DNA of 64,000 bases from an uncultured Bacteroidales bacterium (GCA_947169105.1 CAMVOL010000001.1:7570-71569); one strand, 5' to 3'. Positions 45,937 through 55,054 are shown, counted from the stretch's first letter. Translations and numbers: made by a program. Notes: generated from the letters alone by a model not told the origin.

Positions 45937-46295
45937 CAATAAATACTTTACCCGCACACCTACGGCGTGCTTTTTTTGCGGAATCGCTGGGATGGAATCG
46001 AATTAATGCCCCGGTTAGTATAATACAACCATTTGGTTCTAATATTGCCTGCACCCCTGACGGGGTGCAATTCAACTTGTTAATCGCCACGATACGGTCT
46101 TTCAATGCCTGCACACCTACGGTGTGCAATGACGGACGGTACGGAAACACGGAGGCAGTCCGATAGGACTGCCGGCCTTGATAGCGCGGGAGATGTGCGG
46201 TGTAAAACAGAATGGCCCCGCGCGTCCGCCCGCGGCACGGGCGACAGATACGGCAAAAAACGAAATGTTATGCCGCGGAAAAGAGGAATATTTTA

Positions 46296-47261
46296 TCACA
46301 TCACCCCTATCGCCACAACCGAGAGAAAGATACAAAGAATCAATGCCGCAAGCATGAGCAACAATGCCAACAATGGGTAGAGGATGACCTTCCACCAACG
46401 GTAGCCAGTCAACTGCTTGAGCGGTATCAACATGCTGAATAACAGCAAGCCATCCAAATCATTCAAACAGAAGAAATCCGTGACAATGGTGAAAATCGTG
46501 TACATGTTGTTGATATAGACCAACGCGACAAAGAATTCTGAAAACCGTAGGTCAGGGATGTTCGGACATTTTCGGAAAAACAGATAGAACGGACAAGCCA
46601 GCAGCATCAGGCCGAACAGCGCGAAAAGACTGGGAAATCTTTTCTGAAAGTTATTCACTTTTTCGGAAAAAACTTCGAGGAAATGGTAGTATTTATGGAT
46701 AATCACCTCGACCTGTTCGGAGTTTGGATCGGTGGGAGCGGTTTCTGCCTCCGGTAACATTTCGGGGCTGTTCACAACAATTTCCTGCGGTACAGGTGCT
46801 ATTTCGTCACCGACCGTCCTGCCCTGGATGTTAAAACCGTGCGTCACCAAAATGGAGAGGGTGGTGAGCAGGAAGAACATCTTGAACGGCGGGAAATAGG
46901 CCATCTGCATCCCGTTCAGGTAGTCGCGGATCATGTAGCCGGGCCGCAGCAGCAAGTCGCGGATGGTGCGGAACATGCCGCGGTTTCCCAACCCCCACAC
47001 ATCCATAAAATTGAGGAATGCCACGACGAAGGAGTAGCGCCGGATGCGCGCCGACTGCCCACAGCGGGGACAGAAATTGCCGGTGTAAACGGTATGGCAG
47101 GTGCAGCATTCGTGCTGCTCGTCCGACAGCGGCGCCACTTCGTACGGACGCTCCTGCCACTGCCGGAACGCCTGCCACTTCTCCTTGAGGCGGTTCAACC
47201 ACTTTCTTACCCGTTGCTTTCTCGGTTTCTTGTTCCTCTGCCTTTTCTTTTTCATTGCCAT
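46296..47261 (-). CDS. DUF3667-like zinc-ribbon membrane protein
   Basis: 321 aa from MAMKKKRQRNKK. Has CCTCHTVYTGNFCPRCGQS followed by several TM helices. The start lies 8 nt after the upstream stop. Confidence 0.7.
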   Translation of the reverse strand: MAMKKKRQRNKKPRKQRVRKWLNRLKEKWQAFRQWQERPYEVAPLSDEQHECCTCHTVYTGNFCPRCGQSARIRRYSFVVAFLNFMDVWGLGNRGMFRTIRDLLLRPGYMIRDYLNGMQMAYFPPFKMFFLLTTLSILVTHGFNIQGRTVGDEIAPVPQEIVVNSPEMLPEAETAPTDPNSEQVEVIIHKYYHFLEVFSEKVNNFQKRFPSLFALFGLMLLACPFYLFFRKCPNIPDLRFSEFFVALVYINNMYTIFTIVTDFFCLNDLDGLLLFSMLIPLKQLTGYRWWKVILYPLLALLLMLAALILCIFLSVVAIGVM

Positions 47262-47269
47262 GTCAGGAA

Positions 47270-49852
47270 TTACCGAATCACCGTCACCGTGCCGTGCAGC
47301 TCCTGCGTGACCACGCCGACCAAGGTGTAAAGCCGCACGTAGCAGACGTAATAGTAGGTGCCGTCGGACGAGGGCTGGTGGGAATACATATCTTTTCCGT
47401 CCCAATGGATGTCGGGGTCGGTGGTCTTGAAGACGAGCCGTCCCCAGCGGTTATAGATATAGAAATCAACCCCTTCCACATTGTCGTACGGGAACGGAAC
47501 CAGTTCGTCGTTGGCGCCGTCTCCGTTCGGGGTGATGATGTTGGGCAGACGGTACGGCGAACAGGCATCCACATCGAAGCAGATCTCCTCCGGCGGGGCG
47601 GCGCGATTGCCCGCTGTATCCACCGACGAAAGCGAGAAGCAGCCGGTGATGAACGGCAGGTTCTCCAAACGGTAGGTACAGGCCGACGGATAGCAGTCGT
47701 CGTCCAGCTCGAAAGAGTCGATGATGACGGCGGGGGCGTCGTAGTTCTGGCGGTAATGGATGTAGTACCGATGAACATCTAAATGGGCGGAATCGTTGGA
47801 GAAGGTCCATGCCAAATCGACCGTCTCGCAATCAGTGGTGACGGTGATGGCGGGTACCTCCGGCGGCGTGATGTCGGCCGGCACGGCGGTCTTTATCTGC
47901 GAACGGTTGCGGAAGACACCGACGGTGTCGGGGGCGAAGTAACTGCCCCGTGATTCCACATAGTAACTGTAGATGTGTCCGTTTTCGAGATTTTCATCCA
48001 GGTAGGCAGAAGATGTCGTCACACCCAATGAATCAAACTGGTGTAAGTCGTCATTGAGGCGGTAGATGACATATTCGGTATTGGTCCACGGTACGGTTTC
48101 GTGCCATTCGAGGCGCAAGGAGCGGTCGAGCGGTGTGATGTTCAGCCACACGGACGAGGCCGCGTCCGAAGGACCGACCTCCACCATCTCGCCGTTCACT
48201 TCGGCAAAAAGGTCGATTCGGTAGGTGTAAGCCATCGCCTCTGTATTCAGACTGTTATCGTCGAACGTGGTGTCGCCCAACGAATAGAAGGTCCGTATTT
48301 GGGTGAACGGTCCGTTGCCGTCGGCGCGGCTGACGCGGTACTCGTACGCAGGCCCGGGGAACTGGAGCGTGTCAAGTTCCGTCGGACGCAGCCACCGTAC
48401 GATGATCCGGCCCGCCTCGGCATCGGTGGCATCCACGTCCACATTTGTGAGGCGCGGCACGTCGTTGTGGAGGACGGCGCAGACCTCGTCCGAAACGTAG
48501 CTTTCGGCACCGTCTGCGAAGTAGGCCACCACACGGTAGCAGTACTCGTTGCCGTGGTTCAGGGGCAGCACGGAGCCGTCATCCACGAAGAGGGTGTCAT
48601 CGTGGCCCGGCAGCGTGCCGATAAGCTGGTAACCAGCCGAGGCGGGCAGTCCCGTCTGGCAGTGGTCGGGCTCGAAGTCGCTGCTGCCGACACGCCTGTA
48701 AACGCGGTAGCCCTTGACATTGGCGCAGGTGTGGGGCGCCCACGCCACCTCGATGGTGTTGCCGACGGGGGTGGCCGAAAGGATGTCGGGCTTGGGCGCT
48801 ACCACAGTGATATTCACGGTCTTATAGGCCGTAAGGTTCACTTGCGGGCCGTTGTCCGTCACTTTGAAGAGGACGCTGTAGGGCGAGCGGCGCACGTGAC
48901 CGCAGGTTGTCTGCCACCAGAAATGGCCGGTGACGGGCGGCGGCCCGACGGCTGTGGCGAAAGTGGCGTGGTTGGAGGCAAAGTTGAAGACGCCGCCCGT
49001 GGCGGTCAGTGCCACGGAGGTGGAGTTGGGGTCGTCGCCGATGACATCGAAAACCAGCTCGGTGCCGGCCACCACGCAGGTGTCGTCGATGGTGGTGATG
49101 ACGGGCGGCTGGTTCTGGCAACTGAGGATGGTGATCTGCATATCGCGCACCACCGAGCCGATGCAGATGCCGTTGCGCCACTCACGGATGAGGATGGCGA
49201 TGTTGTACTCGCCCTGCTGCACGGGCGAATCCCAGATGAGGTCGCCGGTGACGGGGTCGATGGCGATGAAGTTCGACGCCGAGGGCAGGGCGTAGCCGGG
49301 GATGTCCTCGCCGTCGTAGCCGCGGCAGGTGATGAGGCTGTAGCTGAGGCTGTCGCCGTCGGCGTCGTATGCGCCGGGGTTATGGTAGTAGGGATAGCCG
49401 AGGCAGCCGTTGTCGATGGGCGGGTTCAGCAGCTGCGGTGACGAATTGCTCCCGATGAACGGATTGATAGTCAGGATGGTTTCGAGGAAGAACGGCACAT
49501 TCACCGAGTTGGGGATGTTGACGATGCCGTTGTTTCGGTTGGGGTCTTCGAGGGTGATATGGAAGGTGCCGGTGGAGGGGAAGGTGTGCTCGGCGATATA
49601 GACGTTGCGGGTAATGTCGTTCTCCATCTGGATGCGCCACACGCGGTCCACGGTCGAATACGAGCCGTCGCCCCAGACGATGTCGAGTTGCGGGCGGTCG
49701 GCGGCGCTGGGGGTATAGGTGTAGGTAAGGATGGTGAAGCGGTAGGTGAGCCCACTGACGTACTCATACGTAATCTCCCCCGCGCGCTGGTGCGTGGCGA
49801 ACAGTCCGAAGCTGCATAAGAACAAGGAGATGAGGATGATGAAACGGCGCAT
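47270..49852 (-). CDS. Large secreted protein with T9SS type B (gliding-motility-associated C-terminal) sorting domain
   Basis: 860 aa with a signal peptide followed by HQRAGEITYEY. The C-terminal ...PNIITPNGDGANDELVPF...YIYNRWGRLVFKT...WDGKD...DGTYYYV... is the CHU_C/TIGR04131-type domain. Confidence 0.85.
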   Translation of the reverse strand: MRRFIILISLFLCSFGLFATHQRAGEITYEYVSGLTYRFTILTYTYTPSAADRPQLDIVWGDGSYSTVDRVWRIQMENDITRNVYIAEHTFPSTGTFHITLEDPNRNNGIVNIPNSVNVPFFLETILTINPFIGSNSSPQLLNPPIDNGCLGYPYYHNPGAYDADGDSLSYSLITCRGYDGEDIPGYALPSASNFIAIDPVTGDLIWDSPVQQGEYNIAILIREWRNGICIGSVVRDMQITILSCQNQPPVITTIDDTCVVAGTELVFDVIGDDPNSTSVALTATGGVFNFASNHATFATAVGPPPVTGHFWWQTTCGHVRRSPYSVLFKVTDNGPQVNLTAYKTVNITVVAPKPDILSATPVGNTIEVAWAPHTCANVKGYRVYRRVGSSDFEPDHCQTGLPASAGYQLIGTLPGHDDTLFVDDGSVLPLNHGNEYCYRVVAYFADGAESYVSDEVCAVLHNDVPRLTNVDVDATDAEAGRIIVRWLRPTELDTLQFPGPAYEYRVSRADGNGPFTQIRTFYSLGDTTFDDNSLNTEAMAYTYRIDLFAEVNGEMVEVGPSDAASSVWLNITPLDRSLRLEWHETVPWTNTEYVIYRLNDDLHQFDSLGVTTSSAYLDENLENGHIYSYYVESRGSYFAPDTVGVFRNRSQIKTAVPADITPPEVPAITVTTDCETVDLAWTFSNDSAHLDVHRYYIHYRQNYDAPAVIIDSFELDDDCYPSACTYRLENLPFITGCFSLSSVDTAGNRAAPPEEICFDVDACSPYRLPNIITPNGDGANDELVPFPYDNVEGVDFYIYNRWGRLVFKTTDPDIHWDGKDMYSHQPSSDGTYYYVCYVRLYTLVGVVTQELHGTVTVIR

Positions 49853-49874
49853 ACCTATCCTAAATTAAGGGCTG

Positions 49875-49882
49875 CAAAAGTA
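49875..49882 (-). promoter_or_regulatory. Bacteroidota -7 box (TActTTTG) for the T9SS type B gene
   Basis: Exact motif on the minus strand, 23 nt upstream of the ATG at 49852. Confidence 0.55.
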
Positions 49883-49986
49883 CGACTAATAATCGGATTT
49901 TTCACCAATTTACAACTCAGAAAAGATACCAAACTCCCCCCTCTTTTCGTTATCTTTAAATCATATTGTAAATTCAATCCGCGTTT

Positions 49987-52890
49987 ATGAAAAAAATCAT
50001 CGGACTTCTTTTATGTAATTTCCTTGTTTTCAGCTTGTTTTCGCAAAGAATGCCCATCCGGCAAGTCACCCTCTCCAACGGGATGAACGTGCTGCTTTGT
50101 GAATATCACGAGGAACCGAAGATCTATGGCGCCGTCTGCGTGCATGCCGGCTCCAAAAACGACCCCGCCGACAATACCGGCATGGCGCACTATCTGGAAC
50201 ATATCATGTTCAAAGGCACCGACAGCATCGGCACCATCAACTGGCCGGCAGAACGGGTGTTCCTCGACAGCATCTCCCTGCTGTACGACATCCTGCACGA
50301 CAAGACCGATGCCAAAGAAAGAAACGATATTTTATTGCATATCAATGATTTGAGCAACAAAGCCACGCAATACGCCATCCTCAATGAGGTGGATGTGATT
50401 CTGGATGCGATGGGGAGCGAGGGCGTGAACGCTTTCACCAATAATGATGTCACGGTTTATCATAACCGCTTCCCCTCCAACCAGTTGGAGAAGTGGCTGC
50501 TGGTTTACCGTGAGCGTTTCCGCCACCCCGTATTCCGCTTGTTCCAGAGCGAACTGGAGGCCGTTTACGAGGAGTACAATATGTATCAGGACGAGCCGCT
50601 GATGACGTTTATGGAGGATGCACTGGCCGAGGCCTACGGCACGCATCCGTACGGCATCCCGATCATCGGCCACCAGAAGCACCTGAAGAACCCGCAGACC
50701 TCGGCCATGCAGAAGTTCTTCAATACCTACTACCACCCCGCCAATATGACGCTGGTGCTGGTGGGCGACTTCGACGCGCGGGGAATCCTGCCGCTATTAG
50801 AACGGACCATCGGACAGCTGCACAACGAAAGCGACGGCGTGGATCCGAAACTGGCAAAGCAGACCGAACGCTTCAGCACCGACCTGAACCAGCCCGTAAA
50901 ACCCTTCTCAAACCATCAGGTGGTGACGGTGAAGGAGACACCCGTCAAAATGGGCGTGATCGGCTTCCAAACCATCGGCACGAAGGAGAAAGAGGCCTTC
51001 TACCTTGATTTATTAGGCAATATCCTCAATAACCAATCCTCCACCGGTCTTTTGGACAAACTTAATAACGAGAATAAACTCCTTATTTCACAAGGGTTTA
51101 ACTACGGAATGCTGGAACACGGGATGTTCGCGATTTTCTATGTTCCCAAAATTTTGGGACAGTCGCACGAAGAGGCGGAATCCCTCGTCTTTGCCGTCCT
51201 CGACTCCCTCAAGACCGGCCATTTCAGCGATGACTTGTTTGAGGCGGTAAAGATGGAGTTCCTGACAGATTATCTTTCCAATATGGAGTCTTTAGAGGAC
51301 CGTTTCTATGCCGTTTTGGACTTGGCAGCTAACCAGCAAACGCCTGATTTTTATGCGCAAAAAGAGGAAATGCTGAAGAGTCTGACCAAGGGCGAACTGG
51401 TGAAGGTGGCGCAAAAGTACTTGACCGACAACTGCTTGATTTATCGTTCCAATATGGGCATAAAAAAGCACGAGAAGTTGCAGAAGCCGAATTGGAAACC
51501 GGTGGTCGCCCAAAATACGGAAGCGAAGTCTGAATTTGCAAAAAAGATTGCGGACATGCCCGTGAAGGACATCCGTCCGCAGGAGTCCTTCGCCACCAGC
51601 AAGGTGAAGCAGCTCGACATCAACAAATACTACCAGTTGTACGCCAGCAAGAACCCGATCAACGACCTCTTCTCCTTGGAAATCGTCTATAACTACGGCA
51701 CTCATTCCGACCGTAAATTGGCAGCCGCGGTGGATTACTTTAACCTCCAAGGCACTGAAAAACGGGATTTTACCAGTTTTCAGCTGGAACTGCAGAAGTT
51801 GGGTGCCTCCCTTGATGTGGATGCCTCCGGTGAGCAGACGACCGTTTCCATTACAGGCTTCGACAAGGACCTGCCAAAGATTCTCGAACTCTGCCACGAG
51901 AAGCTGAACCACCCCGCCAACAACGAAAAGATGCTGTCGGTGCTGTTGGATTCGGAGAAGGGCAACCGGAAAATGGAGAAAAACGACGCCGGCACATGGG
52001 GAACCGCGCTCTACTATTATGCCCATTGGGGAGAAAACTCCTATTATCTGAGGCGTCTGTCCCTCAAGGAACTGAAAGCCCTTTCAGGGGAGGAACTGCT
52101 GCAGTCGTTCGCCCATATCTTTGAGTATGACGGTTATGTGACGTATGTGGGGAATGAGGATGTTGAAAGGGTAAACCAATGGATGAGAGATATTTACGGG
52201 TTGAAAGATCAGGTGAAGGTGGGAGAGAGAGTAGTCTTTTCGCGGCAGTCCTATTCCCGTCCGACACTGTTTGTGGCTTCCAATCCGCAATTTTTGCAGA
52301 GCAACATCCGCTTCTACATTTTAGGGGATACGGTGAAAACGCCGAAGCAGCTGATGGCTTGTAAAATCTACAATGAGTTCATGGGTGGCAGTATGGCCGG
52401 AGTCATCTTCCAAGAAATCAGGGAATTGCGGTCGTTGGGTTATTCTGCTTACGGAACTTACTCCTACGACCAGCTCAAACGGGTGCCGGGATGTGTGCAG
52501 GGATTCCTCGGCACGCAGTCGGACAAGACGGTGGAGGGCTGCGAGGCAATGGCCGAACTGCTGACCGTCTGCCCCAAAAAGCCGGAGAAATTCGAGAACG
52601 CCAAGGCATCCGCCCTCAAGAAGATGGAGGCCTCCTACGTCTCCTTCCGCGACTATCCGGCGCAGGTGCGGAAGTGGCAGGAATACGGCTATGCCGGCGA
52701 CCCGCGGAAGGAACAGATAGAACTCCTCAAACAGATGGACTTCCGCCAGATGTGTGATTTCTACTACGAAATGGTGGGCAAGAATCCGTTGGTCATCACG
52801 GTAGCCGGTGACAAAAAACGGATGAATCTTTCCCAACTGGCGAAAACCTACGAGGTGAAAGAGGTGAAGTACAAAGATATTTTTCGCTAA
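49987..52890 (+). CDS. Two-module M16-family zinc peptidase (pitrilysin-like)
   Basis: 967 aa with a signal peptide and the HxxEH motif HYLEH. Its length is consistent with fused active and inactive M16 halves. Confidence 0.85.
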   Translation: MKKIIGLLLCNFLVFSLFSQRMPIRQVTLSNGMNVLLCEYHEEPKIYGAVCVHAGSKNDPADNTGMAHYLEHIMFKGTDSIGTINWPAERVFLDSISLLYDILHDKTDAKERNDILLHINDLSNKATQYAILNEVDVILDAMGSEGVNAFTNNDVTVYHNRFPSNQLEKWLLVYRERFRHPVFRLFQSELEAVYEEYNMYQDEPLMTFMEDALAEAYGTHPYGIPIIGHQKHLKNPQTSAMQKFFNTYYHPANMTLVLVGDFDARGILPLLERTIGQLHNESDGVDPKLAKQTERFSTDLNQPVKPFSNHQVVTVKETPVKMGVIGFQTIGTKEKEAFYLDLLGNILNNQSSTGLLDKLNNENKLLISQGFNYGMLEHGMFAIFYVPKILGQSHEEAESLVFAVLDSLKTGHFSDDLFEAVKMEFLTDYLSNMESLEDRFYAVLDLAANQQTPDFYAQKEEMLKSLTKGELVKVAQKYLTDNCLIYRSNMGIKKHEKLQKPNWKPVVAQNTEAKSEFAKKIADMPVKDIRPQESFATSKVKQLDINKYYQLYASKNPINDLFSLEIVYNYGTHSDRKLAAAVDYFNLQGTEKRDFTSFQLELQKLGASLDVDASGEQTTVSITGFDKDLPKILELCHEKLNHPANNEKMLSVLLDSEKGNRKMEKNDAGTWGTALYYYAHWGENSYYLRRLSLKELKALSGEELLQSFAHIFEYDGYVTYVGNEDVERVNQWMRDIYGLKDQVKVGERVVFSRQSYSRPTLFVASNPQFLQSNIRFYILGDTVKTPKQLMACKIYNEFMGGSMAGVIFQEIRELRSLGYSAYGTYSYDQLKRVPGCVQGFLGTQSDKTVEGCEAMAELLTVCPKKPEKFENAKASALKKMEASYVSFRDYPAQVRKWQEYGYAGDPRKEQIELLKQMDFRQMCDFYYEMVGKNPLVITVAGDKKRMNLSQLAKTYEVKEVKYKDIFR

Positions 52891-52990
52891 CGCATTTGGG
52901 CTCGCTGACGCTCGCATTTGGGCTCACTGCGTTCACATTTGAGCTCGCTGGCGCTCGCATTTAGGATTTGAAGATTTGATGGGATTTTGG
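52885..52990. repeat. Tandem 21-23 bp modules (GCTCRCTGNCGYTCRCATTTRGG), then GATTTGA-type units
   Basis: Modules run 52885-52899, 52900-52921, 52922-52942 and 52943-52965. The first overlaps the last codon and the TAA stop of the M16 gene. Confidence 0.85.
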
Positions 52991-53038
52991 GGCAAAAAAA
53001 ATAATTCTGTGGGTGTGGCGGGTTTTGAAAAAAGTTGT

Positions 53039-53046
53039 ATTTTTGC
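53039..53046 (+). promoter_or_regulatory. Bacteroidota -7 box (TAttTTTG) for tRNA-Leu
   Basis: Exact motif 19 nt upstream of the tRNA 5' end. Confidence 0.55.
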
Positions 53047-53064
53047 CGCCTCAAAAAAGCCGAT

Positions 53065-53148
53065 GCCCAGGTGGCGGAATTGGTAGACGCGTCGGTCTCA
53101 AAAACCGATGAGGTAACACTCGTGCCGGTTCGATCCCGGCCCCGGGTA
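53065..53148 (+). tRNA. tRNA-Leu (anticodon CAA)
   Basis: Folded by hand. Anticodon stem is TCGGT/ACCGA with loop CTCAAAA, there is a long variable arm, and the T arm is GCCGG-TTCGATC-CCGGC. The acceptor stem has one A:C mismatch and one G:T pair. CCA is not encoded. Confidence 0.85.
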
Positions 53149-53152
53149 CACG

Positions 53153-53184
53153 AAAAATCCCTGATGAAAGTCAGGGATTTTTTT
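53153..53184 (+). terminator. Intrinsic terminator after tRNA-Leu
   Basis: AAAAATCCCTGA-TGAAAG-TCAGGGATTTTTTT. Confidence 0.85.
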
Positions 53185-53229
53185 ATGGGAATTTTGACGA
53201 CTTTTGCCGATTTACCAACAATCACCTTC

Positions 53230-54210
53230 CTATTCATAGTATTCAAAAGCATCGATGATGTCGAGATAGACGCCGTCGAAGCCCGCACCGAGGATGCGGT
53301 TGAGGTAGCTGTCGCCAGAACCGCAGATAATTTCCTGCCACTCCGGATCCCAATAATGAACCTTGTAATTTCCTTTCCAGTCGGGATTCTCCTTATCCAA
53401 CCACTTCGGACGGTGCCGCTTCCACGATGTCTGCCAATAGTAGCGGTAGTCCTCGGCCTCGCCGATGGATAGATAGCAGACGACCAGCCGCCGCCCCCCG
53501 TTGGCCTTGGTGCGCATCCGCTCCACTTCCTCCGTGGTGAAGGCCGTTCCGTCGTTAAAGAACAGATCCATAACGATGAGGTCGTAGTTGGTGGCGCATA
53601 CCGCATTGACGAATTCGGCCTTGGTCGCAAATTTTTCAGGATTAATCAGATAGAGGAAGTTTCGAGCCTCCGCTAATCGGGTGATGTCGTCGCTATTTTC
53701 GTGGTAGGGTGCGGATGACGGGATCTGGTCGAGGTTGCGGGCAGGGGCGGCGAAGGAGACGAAGCCCTCTGCATCGCAGCGGGTGCGGGCCGAAGCCACC
53801 TGTTGCGAGTCGGAGCAGTAGTCGGTCACCAGCACCGAATTGCCTTGTGCGTGGGCGCGGCGGAGGAAACCGAGCAGATGGTCGGTTTCGGAGGCGGGCG
53901 TAGGGTGGTTGTCGCGGTCGTAGCCGTAGAAGAGATCCTCCTGTCCGTGCCCGTCGATGGCGGCGAGGTAGGGCGTGGCGGGGACACCGTCGGCAGTGCC
54001 GTCCAACGTCACCAGTTCGATACCATTCTGCGGGACCACGATGAAGTCGGCGGTTTCGGCGCGGGCCGTCTCACTGATGCGGACGACAAAATTGCGCATT
54101 GCCTGCCGGTAGTCGTCGCAGCCGTCGTCGCGCCCGCAGGCACAAAGGAAAAGCGCAAGGAGAAAGGGGCCTATTTTTCGCATAAGGGACATTATAGTGT
54201 TATGAAGCAT
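53230..54210 (-). CDS. GH114-like / TM1410-family putative glycoside hydrolase lipoprotein (endo-alpha-1,4-polygalactosaminidase-like)
   Basis: 326 aa. The sequence ...YLSIGEAEDYRYYW...ENPDWKGNYKVHYWDPEWQ...GFDGVYLDIIDAFEYY matches the Glyco_hydro_114/TM1410 pattern. Has the lipobox LFLCACG. The true start may be the internal MRK at 54183. Confidence 0.75.
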   Translation of the reverse strand: MLHNTIMSLMRKIGPFLLALFLCACGRDDGCDDYRQAMRNFVVRISETARAETADFIVVPQNGIELVTLDGTADGVPATPYLAAIDGHGQEDLFYGYDRDNHPTPASETDHLLGFLRRAHAQGNSVLVTDYCSDSQQVASARTRCDAEGFVSFAAPARNLDQIPSSAPYHENSDDITRLAEARNFLYLINPEKFATKAEFVNAVCATNYDLIVMDLFFNDGTAFTTEEVERMRTKANGGRRLVVCYLSIGEAEDYRYYWQTSWKRHRPKWLDKENPDWKGNYKVHYWDPEWQEIICGSGDSYLNRILGAGFDGVYLDIIDAFEYYE

Positions 54211-54410
54211 CAGTCTCCTTCCTCCAGCATAAAAAGTTCCTCCACCGTCTTGCCAAAGTACTGCGCCATCTTCAGCGCCAGTAGGGTGCTGGGAACGTAT
54301 TTTCCTAATTCTATGGAATTTACAGCCTGACGAGTCACGCCGATTTTTTCGGCCAGTTCGCCTTGAGTGATGTTAACCTCGGCACGTGCCACTTTAATCC
54401 TGTTTTTCAT
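54210..54410 (-). CDS. XRE-family helix-turn-helix transcriptional regulator (YozG-like, 66 aa)
   Basis: From MKNRIKVARAEVNITQGELAEKIGVTRQAVNSIELGKYVPS. The start overlaps the upstream membrane gene by 17 nt. The stop overlaps the track ATG of the GH114-like gene by 1 nt. Confidence 0.85.
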   Translation of the reverse strand: MKNRIKVARAEVNITQGELAEKIGVTRQAVNSIELGKYVPSTLLALKMAQYFGKTVEELFMLEEGD

Positions 54411-54879
54411 TGCGCAAAGAACGTTTATTAAAATACAAACGAAGGTAAAAACATATAATGAAGACGTATAGGGTGGAGAAGACATTGAACTGCATTACCG
54501 TCAGAAAATCAAAGCCCCATACAAAAATCAGACAGAGCAGCATAAGCCCGCTGTTGATATACAGCGACAAGATCAGAGACTCGTACCGGAGCTGCTCAAT
54601 AAATTCGTCATCTTCCCTATTGCGGGAAAAGCCGATGAAAATGCCGCCCACGATGAGTAGAATGCCTATCAGTGTCAGCAGCAGGTCGGCGTTCGGCCCG
54701 AATAAGGAGAAGTACGCTTTGCTCTCCAACGGCTCCATTCCGAACAGCTCCCGAAGATAATTGATGCTCACGTCGCCATCAATAGAAAAATAAACAACAA
54801 TCAATGCAAGGGTGATTCCTAATATCCACCATCCTGCTTTCTTGTATCCGCTTGGCAATAAGAATTTTGTGTTTTTCAT
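54394..54879 (-). CDS. Small four-TM membrane protein (unknown family)
   Basis: 161 aa with four hydrophobic helices. It is the first gene of a three-gene overlapping set. Confidence 0.6.
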   Translation of the reverse strand: MKNTKFLLPSGYKKAGWWILGITLALIVVYFSIDGDVSINYLRELFGMEPLESKAYFSLFGPNADLLLTLIGILLIVGGIFIGFSRNREDDEFIEQLRYESLILSLYINSGLMLLCLIFVWGFDFLTVMQFNVFSTLYVFIICFYLRLYFNKRSLRNEKQD

Positions 54880-54921
54880 AGTTAAAATTTTTAAGGGTTA
54901 GACATTTTGTTTTTGACGTTG

Positions 54922-54929
54922 CAAAAATA
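54922..54929 (-). promoter_or_regulatory. Bacteroidota -7 box (TAttTTTG) for the membrane/XRE/GH114 set
   Basis: Exact motif on the minus strand, 43 nt upstream of the ATG at 54879. Confidence 0.5.
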
Positions 54930-54999
54930 CACAAAACTTTACAAAAAGCAAGTATAAATTACAAAAAGTAATGTTTTTAATACAAACTACCCGCACGAC

Positions 55000-55032
55000 A
55001 AAAAAATCCCGCAGTTTGCCTGCGGGATTTTC
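55000..55032 (-). terminator. Intrinsic terminator of the carbamoyltransferase gene
   Basis: On the minus strand it reads GAAAATCCCGCA-GGCAAA-CTGCGGGATTTTTTT, 23 nt after the stop at 55055. Confidence 0.85.
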
Positions 55033-55054
55033 GTGTTGGTATAAACCAGCGTGA

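Larger units (their letters stand above)
45291..46290 (-). mobile_element. Solitary IS200-like Y1 transposase locus bracketed by direct repeats and hairpins
   Basis: A 76-nt direct repeat occurs at 45301-45376 and 46124-46199 (68 of 76 identical by hand count). Hairpins lie at 45954-45970, 46050-46069 and 46110-46128. A single tnpA-like gene sits inside. Confidence 0.6.

Noticed and set aside
53065-53230. tRNA-Leu as an integration site for a genomic island.
   Set aside because: There is no integrase and no direct repeat of the tRNA 3' end downstream. The next genes (GH114-like triad) have ordinary composition. The A:C mismatch in the acceptor stem is noted, but I do not consider it evidence of a pseudo-tRNA.
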